Positions 10,336-19,996 of a stretch of 64,000 nucleotides of DNA are shown here, piece after piece (positions within the stretch are counted from its first letter, which is position 1; each line of letters begins with the position of its first letter). Where the stretch lies: the NCBI GenBank assembly GCA_963845535.1, contig CAWJSK010000006.1, forward strand, positions 1-64,000. Direction: 5' to 3'. The notes beneath the pieces were generated by a model. The model saw nothing but the letters and a program-made list of their open reading frames with translations, was not told the DNA's origin and did no database searches. Source of the stretch: an uncultured Spirochaetota bacterium (GTDB lineage: Bacteria > Spirochaetota > Spirochaetia > SZUA-6 > Fen-1364). The position numbers and the translations under genes were made by a program.

Positions 10336-10920
10336 ATGGGAGGTGGTTCGCTTTCACGCGCAGCAGTATCCATCATTTTTCTGGCATGGACAACAGGGTC
10401 CATTTCAGCGCTTTCCATAGGACTTTCCGGAGAGGACACTTTTCAGATCGCAAGCGGCCAGGGTTTCGGTCCCAAAGAACAAGGCGGTGGAGGGGCTGAC
10501 GTGTACCTGCTCGTTCCCCTGGTCCCGTGGATGCGCTTCGGCGCCTCCTTCGGCCTTTATGAAACGCTCCCCTCAGACACTACAGGCGGCTTTGTGTATC
10601 GCGGATACGGGACAGGGGCTCTCGGCGTTTTCCTGGAAGCTGCGGGGACCATCGGAACCTGGGCCCGCGTCGGGAAGTTCGAGGCGGGCGGGCAAATCGG
10701 CGCAAACGCGGATTGGGCGGCATATCAGTACACGAGCCTGTTCTTTTTCTATCCCGAGTTGATGACGGAGGGTTTCATTGGCATGCGGTTGGCCGGGCTT
10801 CCCGCTCTCCAGATCAGGCTTTCGCTTCCCGTGCGGTTTCAGCTCAGGCGGGACCTCGACTACTCGTTCCTCGCGGCAATCAGCCTGGGCGCCAACTATT
10901 CCTTCGGCGGAAATCCATGA
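10336..10920 (+). CDS. Exported hypothetical protein, probable small outer-membrane beta-barrel
   Basis: Signal-like N-terminus, alternating amphipathic strands, C-terminal ISLGANYSF; start uncertain. Confidence 0.55.
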   Translation: MGGGSLSRAAVSIIFLAWTTGSISALSIGLSGEDTFQIASGQGFGPKEQGGGGADVYLLVPLVPWMRFGASFGLYETLPSDTTGGFVYRGYGTGALGVFLEAAGTIGTWARVGKFEAGGQIGANADWAAYQYTSLFFFYPELMTEGFIGMRLAGLPALQIRLSLPVRFQLRRDLDYSFLAAISLGANYSFGGNP

Positions 10921-11915
10921 GGCGGATTCTTCCCTTGCTTCTCGCGCTCAGCGCGGCCCTCCTGGGCTCGTGCTCACTTACGCTTTTCGACTATTCCAAC
11001 ATCGTCTCCAAGCACTATGCGCTGGTGTACGGGGTGACGATCTATGACACAAACTACACTGCCGGCGTGTACCCGAATCTGAATTATCCGGGCTCTGATG
11101 CAAGTGCCGTCGCGGCCATGCTCACGGCAGAGGGGTATACGGTGAAGAGCAGGTGGATAGATTCAGCCGGTTATGAGTGGGTGAACGGACAGCAGGGCAT
11201 CCTTCTGAAGAATGATCCGACTTTGGCGAATGCGCCCACAAAGATCAACGCCGCCGCTGATCTGACTTCCATGGCAAGCGTCGTCGGACCGAACGATGTA
11301 TTTATCTTCTACTTTTCAGGCCACGGGATGCAGGACACGACCCAGTCCCCACCAGTGGAATACTTTGTCCCCGAAGGTGCAGTCCAAAACGGCGACGGGG
11401 TTGAATCTCTTTCCGTGAGCGATTCCGAGTTTGGCGCAATGCTTGCGCCTATTTCATCCAACCGCAAAGTCGTGGTTCTCGACACCTGCAATTCCGGCGG
11501 GTTCATCGGGAACAGCCTTGAATCGGATTCCATTCCGGCTGCTTCCTTGGGCTCTGGTGGAAGTATCTCTCTCCAGGCACTTGCGCAGGCGCTCAGCAAC
11601 TTCCTCAATTTCTCCGCATCCACGACTGGGCTCTCCCCGTACGCCCATACCATGGTGCTTTCCGCGGCCGGCCGGGATGAGTCCTGCTACGAGTCATCAG
11701 CGCCCTTCTACCACGGCGTCATGACGTACTTCCTTCTCCAGGCGCCGCAGTCAGGTGACCTGAACCACGACGGCCACGTTACCGTGGCTGAGGCCTTCTC
11801 ATTGGTCAAGGCTGGAATCGAAACGGATTGGAACTCCGACGGCTTGGTGCAGGCATATGGATGGACGTTTGAACCGAGAATCTCGGGCGGTCCGGTAGAC
11901 TACGTGCTCTGGTAG
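10917..11915 (+). CDS. Caspase-family (peptidase C14) lipoprotein
   Basis: Lipobox LLGSC; catalytic dyad YFSGHG and LDTCNSG; EF-hand-like DLNHDGHVTVAEA. Confidence 0.88.
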   Translation: MRRILPLLLALSAALLGSCSLTLFDYSNIVSKHYALVYGVTIYDTNYTAGVYPNLNYPGSDASAVAAMLTAEGYTVKSRWIDSAGYEWVNGQQGILLKNDPTLANAPTKINAAADLTSMASVVGPNDVFIFYFSGHGMQDTTQSPPVEYFVPEGAVQNGDGVESLSVSDSEFGAMLAPISSNRKVVVLDTCNSGGFIGNSLESDSIPAASLGSGGSISLQALAQALSNFLNFSASTTGLSPYAHTMVLSAAGRDESCYESSAPFYHGVMTYFLLQAPQSGDLNHDGHVTVAEAFSLVKAGIETDWNSDGLVQAYGWTFEPRISGGPVDYVLW

Positions 11916-11983
11916 GAGGCCGCGCTCGCAAGACTCATGGGGTTGCTGCTCGCCGGCCCGTCCTCGGGACCGCGCCGCCCCGC

Positions 11984-13975
11984 TCACGTGGGGGACATTT
12001 CCTTGATCTTCCTTATCTCATCACGGACAACCGCGGCCCGCTCGAACTCGAGGTTCTTGGCCAGCTCGAACATCTCCTCCTCCAGCGCCCGGAGGAGGGC
12101 CTTCTTCTCCTTGGGCACCAGGACGTTGTAGCTGCGGCTGAGCACGTCGATGTTCAACTCTTCGGTGCTCCGCTTCTCCTCCCGTTTGCGCACAAGGATA
12201 TCCTGGATGGACTTGGAAATGGATTTCGGCGTAATCCCGTTCTCTCCGTTGTACTGCTCCTGGATGATGCGCCGGCGCCGCGTCTCATCGATGGCCAGGC
12301 GCATGGCCTCCGAGGTGCGGTCCGCGTACATGATCACACGGCCGTTGACGTTGCGCGCTGCGCGGCCAATAGTCTGAATCAGCGACGTTGCGGACCTCAG
12401 AAAGCCGATCTTGTCAGCATCCAGGATTGCGATCAACGAAACCTCGGGCAGGTCCAGCCCTTCACGGAGAAGGTTGATTCCCACCAGCACGTCGAACGTC
12501 CCCGTGCGCAGGTCCCTCAGGATCTCGACCCGTTCGATGGTCTCGATCTCGGAGTGCAAGTAGCGCACCTTCAGGCCCAGCTCGTTCAGGTAGTCGGTGA
12601 GGTCCTCAGCCATTCGCTTGGTGAGCGTGGTCACGAGTGTCCGTTCCCCCTGCTTCACCTGGGACCTGATCTCCGCGTACAAGTCCTCCATCTGGCCTTC
12701 GGTTGGCCGCACCTCGACCGTCGGATCCAGCAGCCCCGTGGGCCGGATGACCTGCTCCGCTGTCTGGCGGGACTTGACCGCCTCTTCCTCCGCCGGGGTG
12801 GCGGAAACGTAGATGACCCTGTCCAGCATGGTCTCGAACTCGTTGTACCGCAGGGGGCGATTGTCCAGCGCCGAAGGGAGACGGAAACCGTACTTCACCA
12901 GGGAAAGCTTGCGGGCCCGGTCACCTTCAAACATGCCGCGCACCTGGGGCAGCGTGACATGGGATTCGTCGATGAACGCAAGGAACTTGTCCGGGAAGAA
13001 GTCCAGGAGGACGGCCGGCCTCTCCCCTTCCTGCCTTCCGCTCAGGTGGCGGGAATAGTTCTCGATCCCGGAGCAATACCCCATCTGCTCCAGCATCTCC
13101 AGGTCATACTCGGTGCGCGTCTTGATGCGCTCCGCTTCCAGGACCTTTCCCTCGTCACAGAACTTGCGGTACCTCACATCCAGCTCATCACGGATGAGCC
13201 CAAGCGCGTTTCTGAGGCGCTCCTGCGGCATGACGAAGTACTTGGCGGGGTAGACGGTTGCGAACTCCAGCTCTTCCACGGAGGCGCCCGTGAGCGGGTC
13301 CACCCTGCGGATTCGCTCGATCTCGTCACCGAAGAACTCCACGCGCACGGCTTCCTTGGCGTAGGACGGAAAGATCTCGAGCACGTCCCCGCGAACGCGA
13401 AAGCGCGATCTCTCGAACACGGCGTCGTTTCTTTCGTACTGCAGCGCCACAAGCCGCCGCATGATCTCCCGCATATCCGTCGTGTCGCCCTTTTTCAGCT
13501 CGATGCGCATGTCGCGGTAGTCCTCGGGATTGCCCAGGCCGTAGATGCAGGACACCGTTGCAACCACCACGACGTCTCTTCTCTCCATGAGAGAGGTCGT
13601 GGCGGAGAGCCTCATCCTCTCGATCTCCTGGTTGATGGACGCGTCTTTCTCTATGTACAGGTCCTTGCCGGGCACGTAGGCTTCGGGCTGGTAGTAGTCA
13701 TAATAGGAAACGAAGTACTCCACGGCGTTGTCCGGGAAAAAATCCTTGAACTCCCGGTAGAGTTGCGCGGCAAGCGTCTTGTTGTGGGAGAGGACGAGCG
13801 TCGGAAGCTGCGCGTCCTCCATGATCTTCGCCATGGTGTACGTCTTGCCGGAGCCGGTCACCCCCTTCAGGGTCTGAAACCGGTGCCCCGCCAATACCCC
13901 GGCGCTCAGCGTTGCAATTGCGGTCCCCTGGTCTCCCGCGGGACTGAAGGGAGCCACGACCTGGAGCTTCGGCAT
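11984..13975 (-). CDS. uvrB: Excinuclease ABC subunit B
   Basis: GVTGSGKT, HNKTLAAQLY, FVSYYDYYQPEAY, DESH, GINLLREGLDLPEV, C-terminal UVR domain. Confidence 0.98.
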   Translation of the reverse strand: MPKLQVVAPFSPAGDQGTAIATLSAGVLAGHRFQTLKGVTGSGKTYTMAKIMEDAQLPTLVLSHNKTLAAQLYREFKDFFPDNAVEYFVSYYDYYQPEAYVPGKDLYIEKDASINQEIERMRLSATTSLMERRDVVVVATVSCIYGLGNPEDYRDMRIELKKGDTTDMREIMRRLVALQYERNDAVFERSRFRVRGDVLEIFPSYAKEAVRVEFFGDEIERIRRVDPLTGASVEELEFATVYPAKYFVMPQERLRNALGLIRDELDVRYRKFCDEGKVLEAERIKTRTEYDLEMLEQMGYCSGIENYSRHLSGRQEGERPAVLLDFFPDKFLAFIDESHVTLPQVRGMFEGDRARKLSLVKYGFRLPSALDNRPLRYNEFETMLDRVIYVSATPAEEEAVKSRQTAEQVIRPTGLLDPTVEVRPTEGQMEDLYAEIRSQVKQGERTLVTTLTKRMAEDLTDYLNELGLKVRYLHSEIETIERVEILRDLRTGTFDVLVGINLLREGLDLPEVSLIAILDADKIGFLRSATSLIQTIGRAARNVNGRVIMYADRTSEAMRLAIDETRRRRIIQEQYNGENGITPKSISKSIQDILVRKREEKRSTEELNIDVLSRSYNVLVPKEKKALLRALEEEMFELAKNLEFERAAVVRDEIRKIKEMSPT

Positions 13976-13987
13976 CCTGGCAGCTCG

Positions 13988-15184
13988 CTATTGTCCTGAG
14001 GCCGGCGCCTGGATCAGCTTGACCCGGAGGGTCCGCTCCTGTCCGCTTCTCAGCACCTTTACCTCGACAACCTCCCCCGGCTTGGTGTCTTCCAGGGCGT
14101 TCAAGTAGTCGGAATACGTTTCCACGGGGATGCCGTTGACCGCGGTGATGACGTCACCGCCCGGATAGAACGTTGCCCTTCCGCCGCTCACGCCCCGGCT
14201 CGTATCCCCGCCGCGCAGGCCCGCTTGCCGGGCCGTGGGTCCCGCCGTATTCACGAGGATCCCCTTGTCCACCGGCAGGCGGAAGTAGTTGACGAGCGCC
14301 GGGAAAAGCTGCACGGCATCAATGTCGATCCACCCCCGACGGACCGCGCCGTAGCGGATGAGCTCCTCCGCCACGCGGCGAGCCGTGTTTACCGGGATGG
14401 CAAAGCCTATCCCCGCCGACGCCCCGGAGGGAGACTTGATTGCGGAGTTGATGCCGATCAGCTCGCCGTGCGAGTTCAAAAGCGGACCTCCCGAGTTTCC
14501 CGGGTTGATTGCGGCATCCGTCTGGATGGTCTCACGGATGAGGTACCCGTCCTCCGTCTGGAGCGGCCGGGCCAGCCCAGAAACGACCCCTCGCGTCAGC
14601 GTACGGTCGAGCCCGAAAGGGTTCCCGATGGCAAGAACCTTCATCCCGACCTTCAAGGTTGACGAGTTGCCGAAGGGGATGGTTGTCAGCGCCTTCCCGT
14701 GCGGGTCGAACTGGACCACGGCTATGTCGTTCTCAGGGTCCGTGCCCGTAACTCTGCCCTCCACTTCGGTTCCGTCCGCGAGGGTGATGCTGATCTTGTC
14801 CGCGCCCTTCACGACATGGTAGTTGGTGAGCACGTGGCCCTGCTGGTCGATGATCACTCCCGACCCGGTTCCTTCCTGCGGCACTGCCTCGTAGAACCAC
14901 GTGTACTGCATGGTCACTGTTGTGATATAGACGACAGCCTTGTTGGTCCGGTCGTAAATTTCGATATTGTTCTGCTCGTCCTCAAGGAGGCCGCCCGACC
15001 GGGCGGAGGAGTTGGAGAACTGGACGGGGATCACCGGCAAGGGAGGCGTGGAGGAACGGGAGGCGTGGTCTGAGGCCGTTGAAGGAACGATGACGAAGGC
15101 CGCAATGAGCCCACCCACCACGAGCGCGATCAGTGCCGTCACCGCGCAGAGGACGGCTACCTGTCTCCTGCCATACAGTTTCAT
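13988..15184 (-). CDS. HtrA/DegP-family trypsin-like serine protease with one PDZ domain
   Basis: TM anchor, LTNYHVV, DIAVV, QTDAAINPGNSGGPL, PDZ. Confidence 0.95.
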   Translation of the reverse strand: MKLYGRRQVAVLCAVTALIALVVGGLIAAFVIVPSTASDHASRSSTPPLPVIPVQFSNSSARSGGLLEDEQNNIEIYDRTNKAVVYITTVTMQYTWFYEAVPQEGTGSGVIIDQQGHVLTNYHVVKGADKISITLADGTEVEGRVTGTDPENDIAVVQFDPHGKALTTIPFGNSSTLKVGMKVLAIGNPFGLDRTLTRGVVSGLARPLQTEDGYLIRETIQTDAAINPGNSGGPLLNSHGELIGINSAIKSPSGASAGIGFAIPVNTARRVAEELIRYGAVRRGWIDIDAVQLFPALVNYFRLPVDKGILVNTAGPTARQAGLRGGDTSRGVSGGRATFYPGGDVITAVNGIPVETYSDYLNALEDTKPGEVVEVKVLRSGQERTLRVKLIQAPASGQ

Positions 15185-15306
15185 TTTGTCCCCTCTCAGG
15201 CAGATAATACCAGAATGACCGTCAGGCCGGCAATGATGGGGCGGGATGGAAAGGCCGGTCTGCCCGCGAAGAAGAGGCCGGCTGCCTGCGAAGAAAAGGA
15301 GCGCGC

Positions 15307-16875
15307 TCAGGACCGGAAGCGGGTCCAGAAGTAGTCCGAATCCCCGTATTTCCTATGGCGCACCGCTTCTTCGATGTGATGCATCCGTATGTCCGGCTCG
15401 CCTTCAAGGTCCGCCACGGTTCGCGCTATCCGCAGCACCGAGTGGAAGGCCCGGGAGGAAATGGCCTGCGACTCAGCCGCTTTCACGAGCAGCGCGGCGC
15501 ATTCCCGGGTGAGGGGACAGAACGTGTCCATCAATCCCGGCGGTATCCTGGCGTTGGCGGAAAAGGGGAAACCCGCGTAGCGTTCCCTTTGGATGCGCAC
15601 TGCCCGTTCGACCTCTTCACGCGCCTGGGTTGCCTCCGCTGGACGCGCGGGCTGGCACATCTGCTCAGGCGCCACGGGACCAAGCGGCACGCGCATGTCC
15701 ACTCGGTCAAGGAGCGCGCCGCCGACTCTCCTCCAGTACCTGTGGACTTCCACGTCAGTGCAGCGGCAGACGTGGTGGTCTCTTCCCATGTTGCCGCACG
15801 GACAGGGATTGAACGCGAGCACGAGCTGGCAACAGGCCGGATAACGGACCGTGCTCCCGGCACGGGCAATGGAAACCCACCCATCCTCGATTGGCTCCCG
15901 CAGGCTCTGAAGGAGGCTCATCCCGAACTCCGGCGCCTCATCAAGGAACAGGACGCCGTGATGCGCAAGCGACACCTCCCCCGGCTTGAGGAGCCTGCCC
16001 CCTCCAATGATTCCTTCACTGGAGGCGCTGTGATGGGGCGCTCGAAACGGAGGACGCGTGATCAAGCCCGCGCCCGGCGGCAGCACCCCTGCCACCGAAT
16101 GGATGCGGGTGACGGAGAGGGCTTCCTCCCGCGTAAGCTTTGGGAACAGCCATGGCAAAAGGCGCGCGCCCATGGTTTTTCCGCTTCCTGGGGGCCCGAA
16201 GAGGAGGAGGTGATGCTTGCCGGCAGCGGCCACCTGAAGAGCCCGCTTGAGGGCGGCATGACCGCGGATGTCCGCAAGGCTTCCCTGCGGCGGAACGGCG
16301 TCCGCGGTCCCCACACCATCCCTCGCCTGATCCGTGGTCTCCGCTGCTGCCGCTGCTTGGGCGTCACCCGGGATGCACGCTGCGGCCGCTTCTCTGAGGG
16401 AACCGATCCCCTTCACGCATCCTTTTCCAAGGACGCGCGCCTCCCGCAGGTTCTCCCGGGGAACGAGAAACGTGCAGATTCCGGCCTCCAGGCCGGTCCC
16501 GACCGCTGAGAGGACGCCGTTCACGGGCCGTACGGCGCCTCCCAGCTCCAGCTCCCCCAGCACCATGGTCCCAGCCATGCCGTCCTGACCGAGCTGGCCG
16601 GACGCTGCCAGGATGCCCAAAGCGATGGGAAGATCGAATGAAGCCCCTTCTTTTCTTACTCCGGCTGGAGCGAGGGAAATGAGCACCCTGTCCGCGGGAA
16701 ACGTGAAGCCGCTGTTGCGGATTGCCACACGCACCCTTTCTTTCGATTCCCGCACCGCCCCATCCGGAAGCCCGACAATGTCGATGCCGGGCAGTCCCCT
16801 CCTGATGTCAACTTCAACCGATACAAGCTCCCCTTCCAGCCCGATGGGGGCATGGCTGGAGACAACGGCGAGCAT
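15307..16875 (-). CDS. comM: YifB/ComM Mg-chelatase-like AAA+ ATPase
   Basis: VGLPDGAVRESKERV, GPPGSGKT, RPPFRAPHH, GEVSLAHHGVLFLDE, NPCPCG. Confidence 0.93.
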   Translation of the reverse strand: MLAVVSSHAPIGLEGELVSVEVDIRRGLPGIDIVGLPDGAVRESKERVRVAIRNSGFTFPADRVLISLAPAGVRKEGASFDLPIALGILAASGQLGQDGMAGTMVLGELELGGAVRPVNGVLSAVGTGLEAGICTFLVPRENLREARVLGKGCVKGIGSLREAAAACIPGDAQAAAAAETTDQARDGVGTADAVPPQGSLADIRGHAALKRALQVAAAGKHHLLLFGPPGSGKTMGARLLPWLFPKLTREEALSVTRIHSVAGVLPPGAGLITRPPFRAPHHSASSEGIIGGGRLLKPGEVSLAHHGVLFLDEAPEFGMSLLQSLREPIEDGWVSIARAGSTVRYPACCQLVLAFNPCPCGNMGRDHHVCRCTDVEVHRYWRRVGGALLDRVDMRVPLGPVAPEQMCQPARPAEATQAREEVERAVRIQRERYAGFPFSANARIPPGLMDTFCPLTRECAALLVKAAESQAISSRAFHSVLRIARTVADLEGEPDIRMHHIEEAVRHRKYGDSDYFWTRFRS

Positions 16876-16981
16876 GGCATTCCCACCTCCGCTTCTTGAT
16901 ACGTGGAGTTTTTCCTCGCTGATTGAAGAGCCGGAAGACCCGGAAGAGCCAGAAAACCCGCCGGGGCTTTGAACGCTTCGA

Positions 16982-17440
16982 CTACCGCGGACGGCCGCCC
17001 GCTATGGACTGTTCGACCATGTGGTGGCATCTCTCATTCATTTCGTTGCCCGCGTGTCCCTCGACCCACGCCCACCTGATGGAGAAGCCCTTTGCAAGCT
17101 CCCACAGCGCGGACCAGAGATCCACGTTCTTCACCGGTTTGTTGGCGGTGGTGCGCCAGGAGTTTCGTTGCCACGAATGGATCCACGCGGTGATGCCTTT
17201 CTGAACGTATTGGGAATCCGTAGTGACGGTTATCGGCAAGGTTTTCCATTCCGCGTGACCGCCGAGCTCCCTCAAGGCTTCGCACACCGCGGTCAGCTCC
17301 ATCCTGTTGTTGGTGGTCTGCGGATCAAACCCTGACTTCTCGACACGCGATGCCCCTGCTCGAAGGACATACGCCCATGCCCCAGGCCCCGGGTTTCCCT
17401 GGCAGCCTCCGTCCGTCCAAATCTCGATGGTAGCGCTCAT
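16982..17440 (-). CDS. rnhA: Ribonuclease HI
   Basis: WTDGGCQGNPGPG, TTNNRMEL, TDSQYV, VKNVDLW, WVEGHAG.EMNERC; alternative ATG at 17455. Confidence 0.95.
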   Translation of the reverse strand: MSATIEIWTDGGCQGNPGPGAWAYVLRAGASRVEKSGFDPQTTNNRMELTAVCEALRELGGHAEWKTLPITVTTDSQYVQKGITAWIHSWQRNSWRTTANKPVKNVDLWSALWELAKGFSIRWAWVEGHAGNEMNERCHHMVEQSIAGGRPR

Positions 17441-17457
17441 TTTTCCGTCAGGCATCT

Positions 17458-18483
17458 TCAGGCGTTTGCCTGGCCGTCCCCTTGCCGGTATGCCAACAGC
17501 GGGCGGGGAGGAATCAGGCGGAAGATTCTTCGGCCTTCGTAGCTGCCCACGGGAACGCAAAGGGCTTTCAGCTTTTCCGGCACGAGCCCCATGGCTTCCG
17601 CGGAGACGAAAAACTGCGACGGTCTGGTGAACTTCTTTCCCAGGTGGAAAACGGAGTTGAGGCTTTCGGAGATGATCTCCCCGGTATCGCGGACCCGGTA
17701 CACGGTGCTTCCAATGGAAAGGGCGAGGTGGAACGATATATAGCCGGGCAGGGGGGACTCCTCCACGTCGTAGAATATCCGGGAGAGGAGAAGGCGCAGG
17801 CCGCATATCGGAGCTGAACCAGAGCCGTTCTTGAGGGGAAAAAGGATCAGGCCGCCGAACTGCGACCACATCCAGGTCCTTCCGCCGTGCTGTGAGGCAA
17901 TCCTCTCCACGTATGCCCGGAAGGTCTCCATTGCGCCCGTGAGGTTGTCCGGCTCGTGTCTCTTTTTCAGCTCCTCCGAGCCGTCGACCTCCACGAAAAG
18001 GATGGCGAACTGGTACTCCTTCCCGGGGACAATGCGGGTCCACTCGTCGCCGGGAGCCTCAGTGAGCAGCCGCGCCGGCTGCGGCAGGGAAGCTTCCTCC
18101 TCCCCCTCCTCGTGCGCGCGCGCGCCGTCCACGTACGAAAGGACACGGGAGATGCGCTTCGCGTCCAGACGAGCGCCCTTCATTTTCTTCCCCAGATAGT
18201 CCACGACGCCGGCATGGAAAAGGGACGCGACGTCGGCGACGGAGTTCGTGGGGTCGATCACGCCGAAAAGGAGGTGCGGGTTTTCTGAAATCGCCTCGAG
18301 GACTTTCTCTCTCTGCCCGTTGCCCAGACCTTCAAGGTCGAAGTAGACGAGCGAGCCGGTTTTCAGCGAGGCGATCATTGCGGGGAGGTCGACGAGCGGG
18401 TACGTTTCGACCGCGGCACCCTTTGCCGCCTTTCCCTTTGCCGGTCTTCTCTTGCGATTCTTCCCGAACACCAGGACCCTCAT
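17458..18483 (-). CDS. Class III nucleotidyl-cyclase-fold protein B (degenerate metal sites) with receiver-like N-terminal region
   Basis: ILFVEVDGSEEL, GGRTWMWSQFGGLILF, FHLALSIG, ISESLNSVFHLG align to the class III cyclase motifs. Confidence 0.7.
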   Translation of the reverse strand: MRVLVFGKNRKRRPAKGKAAKGAAVETYPLVDLPAMIASLKTGSLVYFDLEGLGNGQREKVLEAISENPHLLFGVIDPTNSVADVASLFHAGVVDYLGKKMKGARLDAKRISRVLSYVDGARAHEEGEEEASLPQPARLLTEAPGDEWTRIVPGKEYQFAILFVEVDGSEELKKRHEPDNLTGAMETFRAYVERIASQHGGRTWMWSQFGGLILFPLKNGSGSAPICGLRLLLSRIFYDVEESPLPGYISFHLALSIGSTVYRVRDTGEIISESLNSVFHLGKKFTRPSQFFVSAEAMGLVPEKLKALCVPVGSYEGRRIFRLIPPRPLLAYRQGDGQANA

Positions 18484-19409
18484 CGCCGCTGCCACTCCAG
18501 GCTGTAGCGATAGATGGTGCTGTTTTCGGGCCCGTTGACGGGGACGAACAGGGGGGAAAGCTTGCTGCCGAGGTCCGTGAAGACCCCCGGGGACACGGTG
18601 AGGCAGTCAGGCTTCGTGTAGCTCGATTCGAGGAGCTCGACCCTCCGGATGGTGTCCCCGTCGGACTCCTTCGAAGATGCCAGGAACTTGCACGGACCCG
18701 CGTGAACGGCAAGCCGCGCGCTCAAGGGCTCCGGGAGAGCCGTGCCCAGGAGGTTGAACAGGAAGAGCTCGTGGAGGATCTCCATGCCGCACAGGGTGGC
18801 TTGAATGGTCTTGTCGATGAAGTAAAAGGCGGCGAGCCCTCCGTCACCCTCCCAGGTCCATATCCGCCCATCCCGCTTTTCGACGAGCCGGGTGATGATG
18901 TCCCGGACCGCGACGTAAGTGGCATCAATGATGCTCCGGGGATACCGCCGCACAAGGTCGGAGTTGCCCACGGTGTCGAGGCGCAACAAGGCGAGCTCGT
19001 AGGAGCGGCCCTCCCGCAGCGTGCCCCATCCCATGGTGCGGGCGCGGCCGTTCTTCGTCTCCTCGACAAACACACCCTTCTGTTTGCTGTACGTGAAACC
19101 CTGATCCTCGATCTCCGCGATGATTCTCGACAGCAACGGGATCCGAATCTCCCTCCCCATGTCGCCGTGCTGCTGGACTTCCAGGAGGGACTCGATGAGC
19201 TTCAGGAAGAAGTTTTCCTGCACGAAGTCACGGAGGATCTGACGGGCTGCATCCACGCGCGGGATGGGGATGCTCTCCGGGAACCCTGAGCGCTCATAGA
19301 TGTCATAATCCGGAATGATCTTCCGGGCCACTTTCTGCATCAGATCCACCGGCATCGACTGGGACAGCGCGCTGACGAAGAGTGTTGCGAGCCGGGTCTG
19401 GATCTTCAT
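18480..19409 (-). CDS. Class III nucleotidyl-cyclase-fold protein A with helical N-terminal domain
   Basis: LLRLDTVGNS, GRIWTWEGDGGLAAF, ARLAVHAG, GDTIRRVELLE; both ends coupled by ATGA overlaps. Confidence 0.78.
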   Translation of the reverse strand: MKIQTRLATLFVSALSQSMPVDLMQKVARKIIPDYDIYERSGFPESIPIPRVDAARQILRDFVQENFFLKLIESLLEVQQHGDMGREIRIPLLSRIIAEIEDQGFTYSKQKGVFVEETKNGRARTMGWGTLREGRSYELALLRLDTVGNSDLVRRYPRSIIDATYVAVRDIITRLVEKRDGRIWTWEGDGGLAAFYFIDKTIQATLCGMEILHELFLFNLLGTALPEPLSARLAVHAGPCKFLASSKESDGDTIRRVELLESSYTKPDCLTVSPGVFTDLGSKLSPLFVPVNGPENSTIYRYSLEWQRR

Positions 19410-19873
19410 GACGGTAGACTTTCCTGATGAAACGCCGCCGGCAGCCGAACGGGCCGGCCGCGGGCATCCACGCACACCCAGGTGACCTCCGCCTCCGCCA
19501 CCACCACGGGAGGCGAACCATTCCCCGCGCCGGTCTCTGCTTTCGTGACGACCTGCTTCAGCACTCCGCCGATGATCGACTGCCGCACCGCGGACGTGGT
19601 GATGGTGAGATGGTCATCGGTGACCGCGGGGCGCCGGTACTCTATGGAAACTTTTGCCACCAGAAGGCCGTATCCCGACTCACGCAGCTCGGGGATGGAA
19701 ACGCCAATGTCACGGAGGTATTCGTGACGGGCATACTCGAGGTAATGAAGGTAGACGGCGTTGTTCACGTGCCCGTACGAGTCGCACTCATAGGAGCGCA
19801 CCGAAAGGGAGCACGTGTGCACTGATTGTTCGGCTGCACTCGCAGCGTCACGGTGCGGCCGGTTCAACTTCAT
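19406..19873 (-). CDS. Acyl-CoA thioesterase (YbgC/4HBT hot-dog fold)
   Basis: VRSYECDSYGHVNNAVYLHYLEYAR; start uncertain (ATG 19873 or GTG 19822). Confidence 0.9.
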   Translation of the reverse strand: MKLNRPHRDAASAAEQSVHTCSLSVRSYECDSYGHVNNAVYLHYLEYARHEYLRDIGVSIPELRESGYGLLVAKVSIEYRRPAVTDDHLTITTSAVRQSIIGGVLKQVVTKAETGAGNGSPPVVVAEAEVTWVCVDARGRPVRLPAAFHQESLPS

Positions 19874-19880
19874 ATGAGTT

Positions 19881-19909
19881 ATTCTATTTATCATCCATGG
19901 TCCGGTCAA
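19881..19909 (-). promoter_or_regulatory. Sigma70-type promoter for the thioesterase-cyclase-rnhA operon
   Basis: Minus strand TTGACC-N17-TAGAAT, 7 nt before ATG 19873. Confidence 0.6.
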
Positions 19910-19996
19910 GGCAAAGGGGATACTCGCGCAAAGGTGACGCTCGCGGATGGACAGCGCAGGCCTTCCCCGGCCGCACTCCCAGGTCAGACTCCTCGG

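Noticed and set aside
12554..13999. Long antisense ORFs here and elsewhere (e.g. 24482-25807, 37773-39059, 42825-44066)
   Set aside because: Expected shadows of real genes in high-GC DNA; no recognisable motifs.
17458..19409. Pycsar or CBASS anti-phage system
   Set aside because: No TIR, transmembrane or cNMP-binding effector next to the cyclases, and the context is housekeeping.
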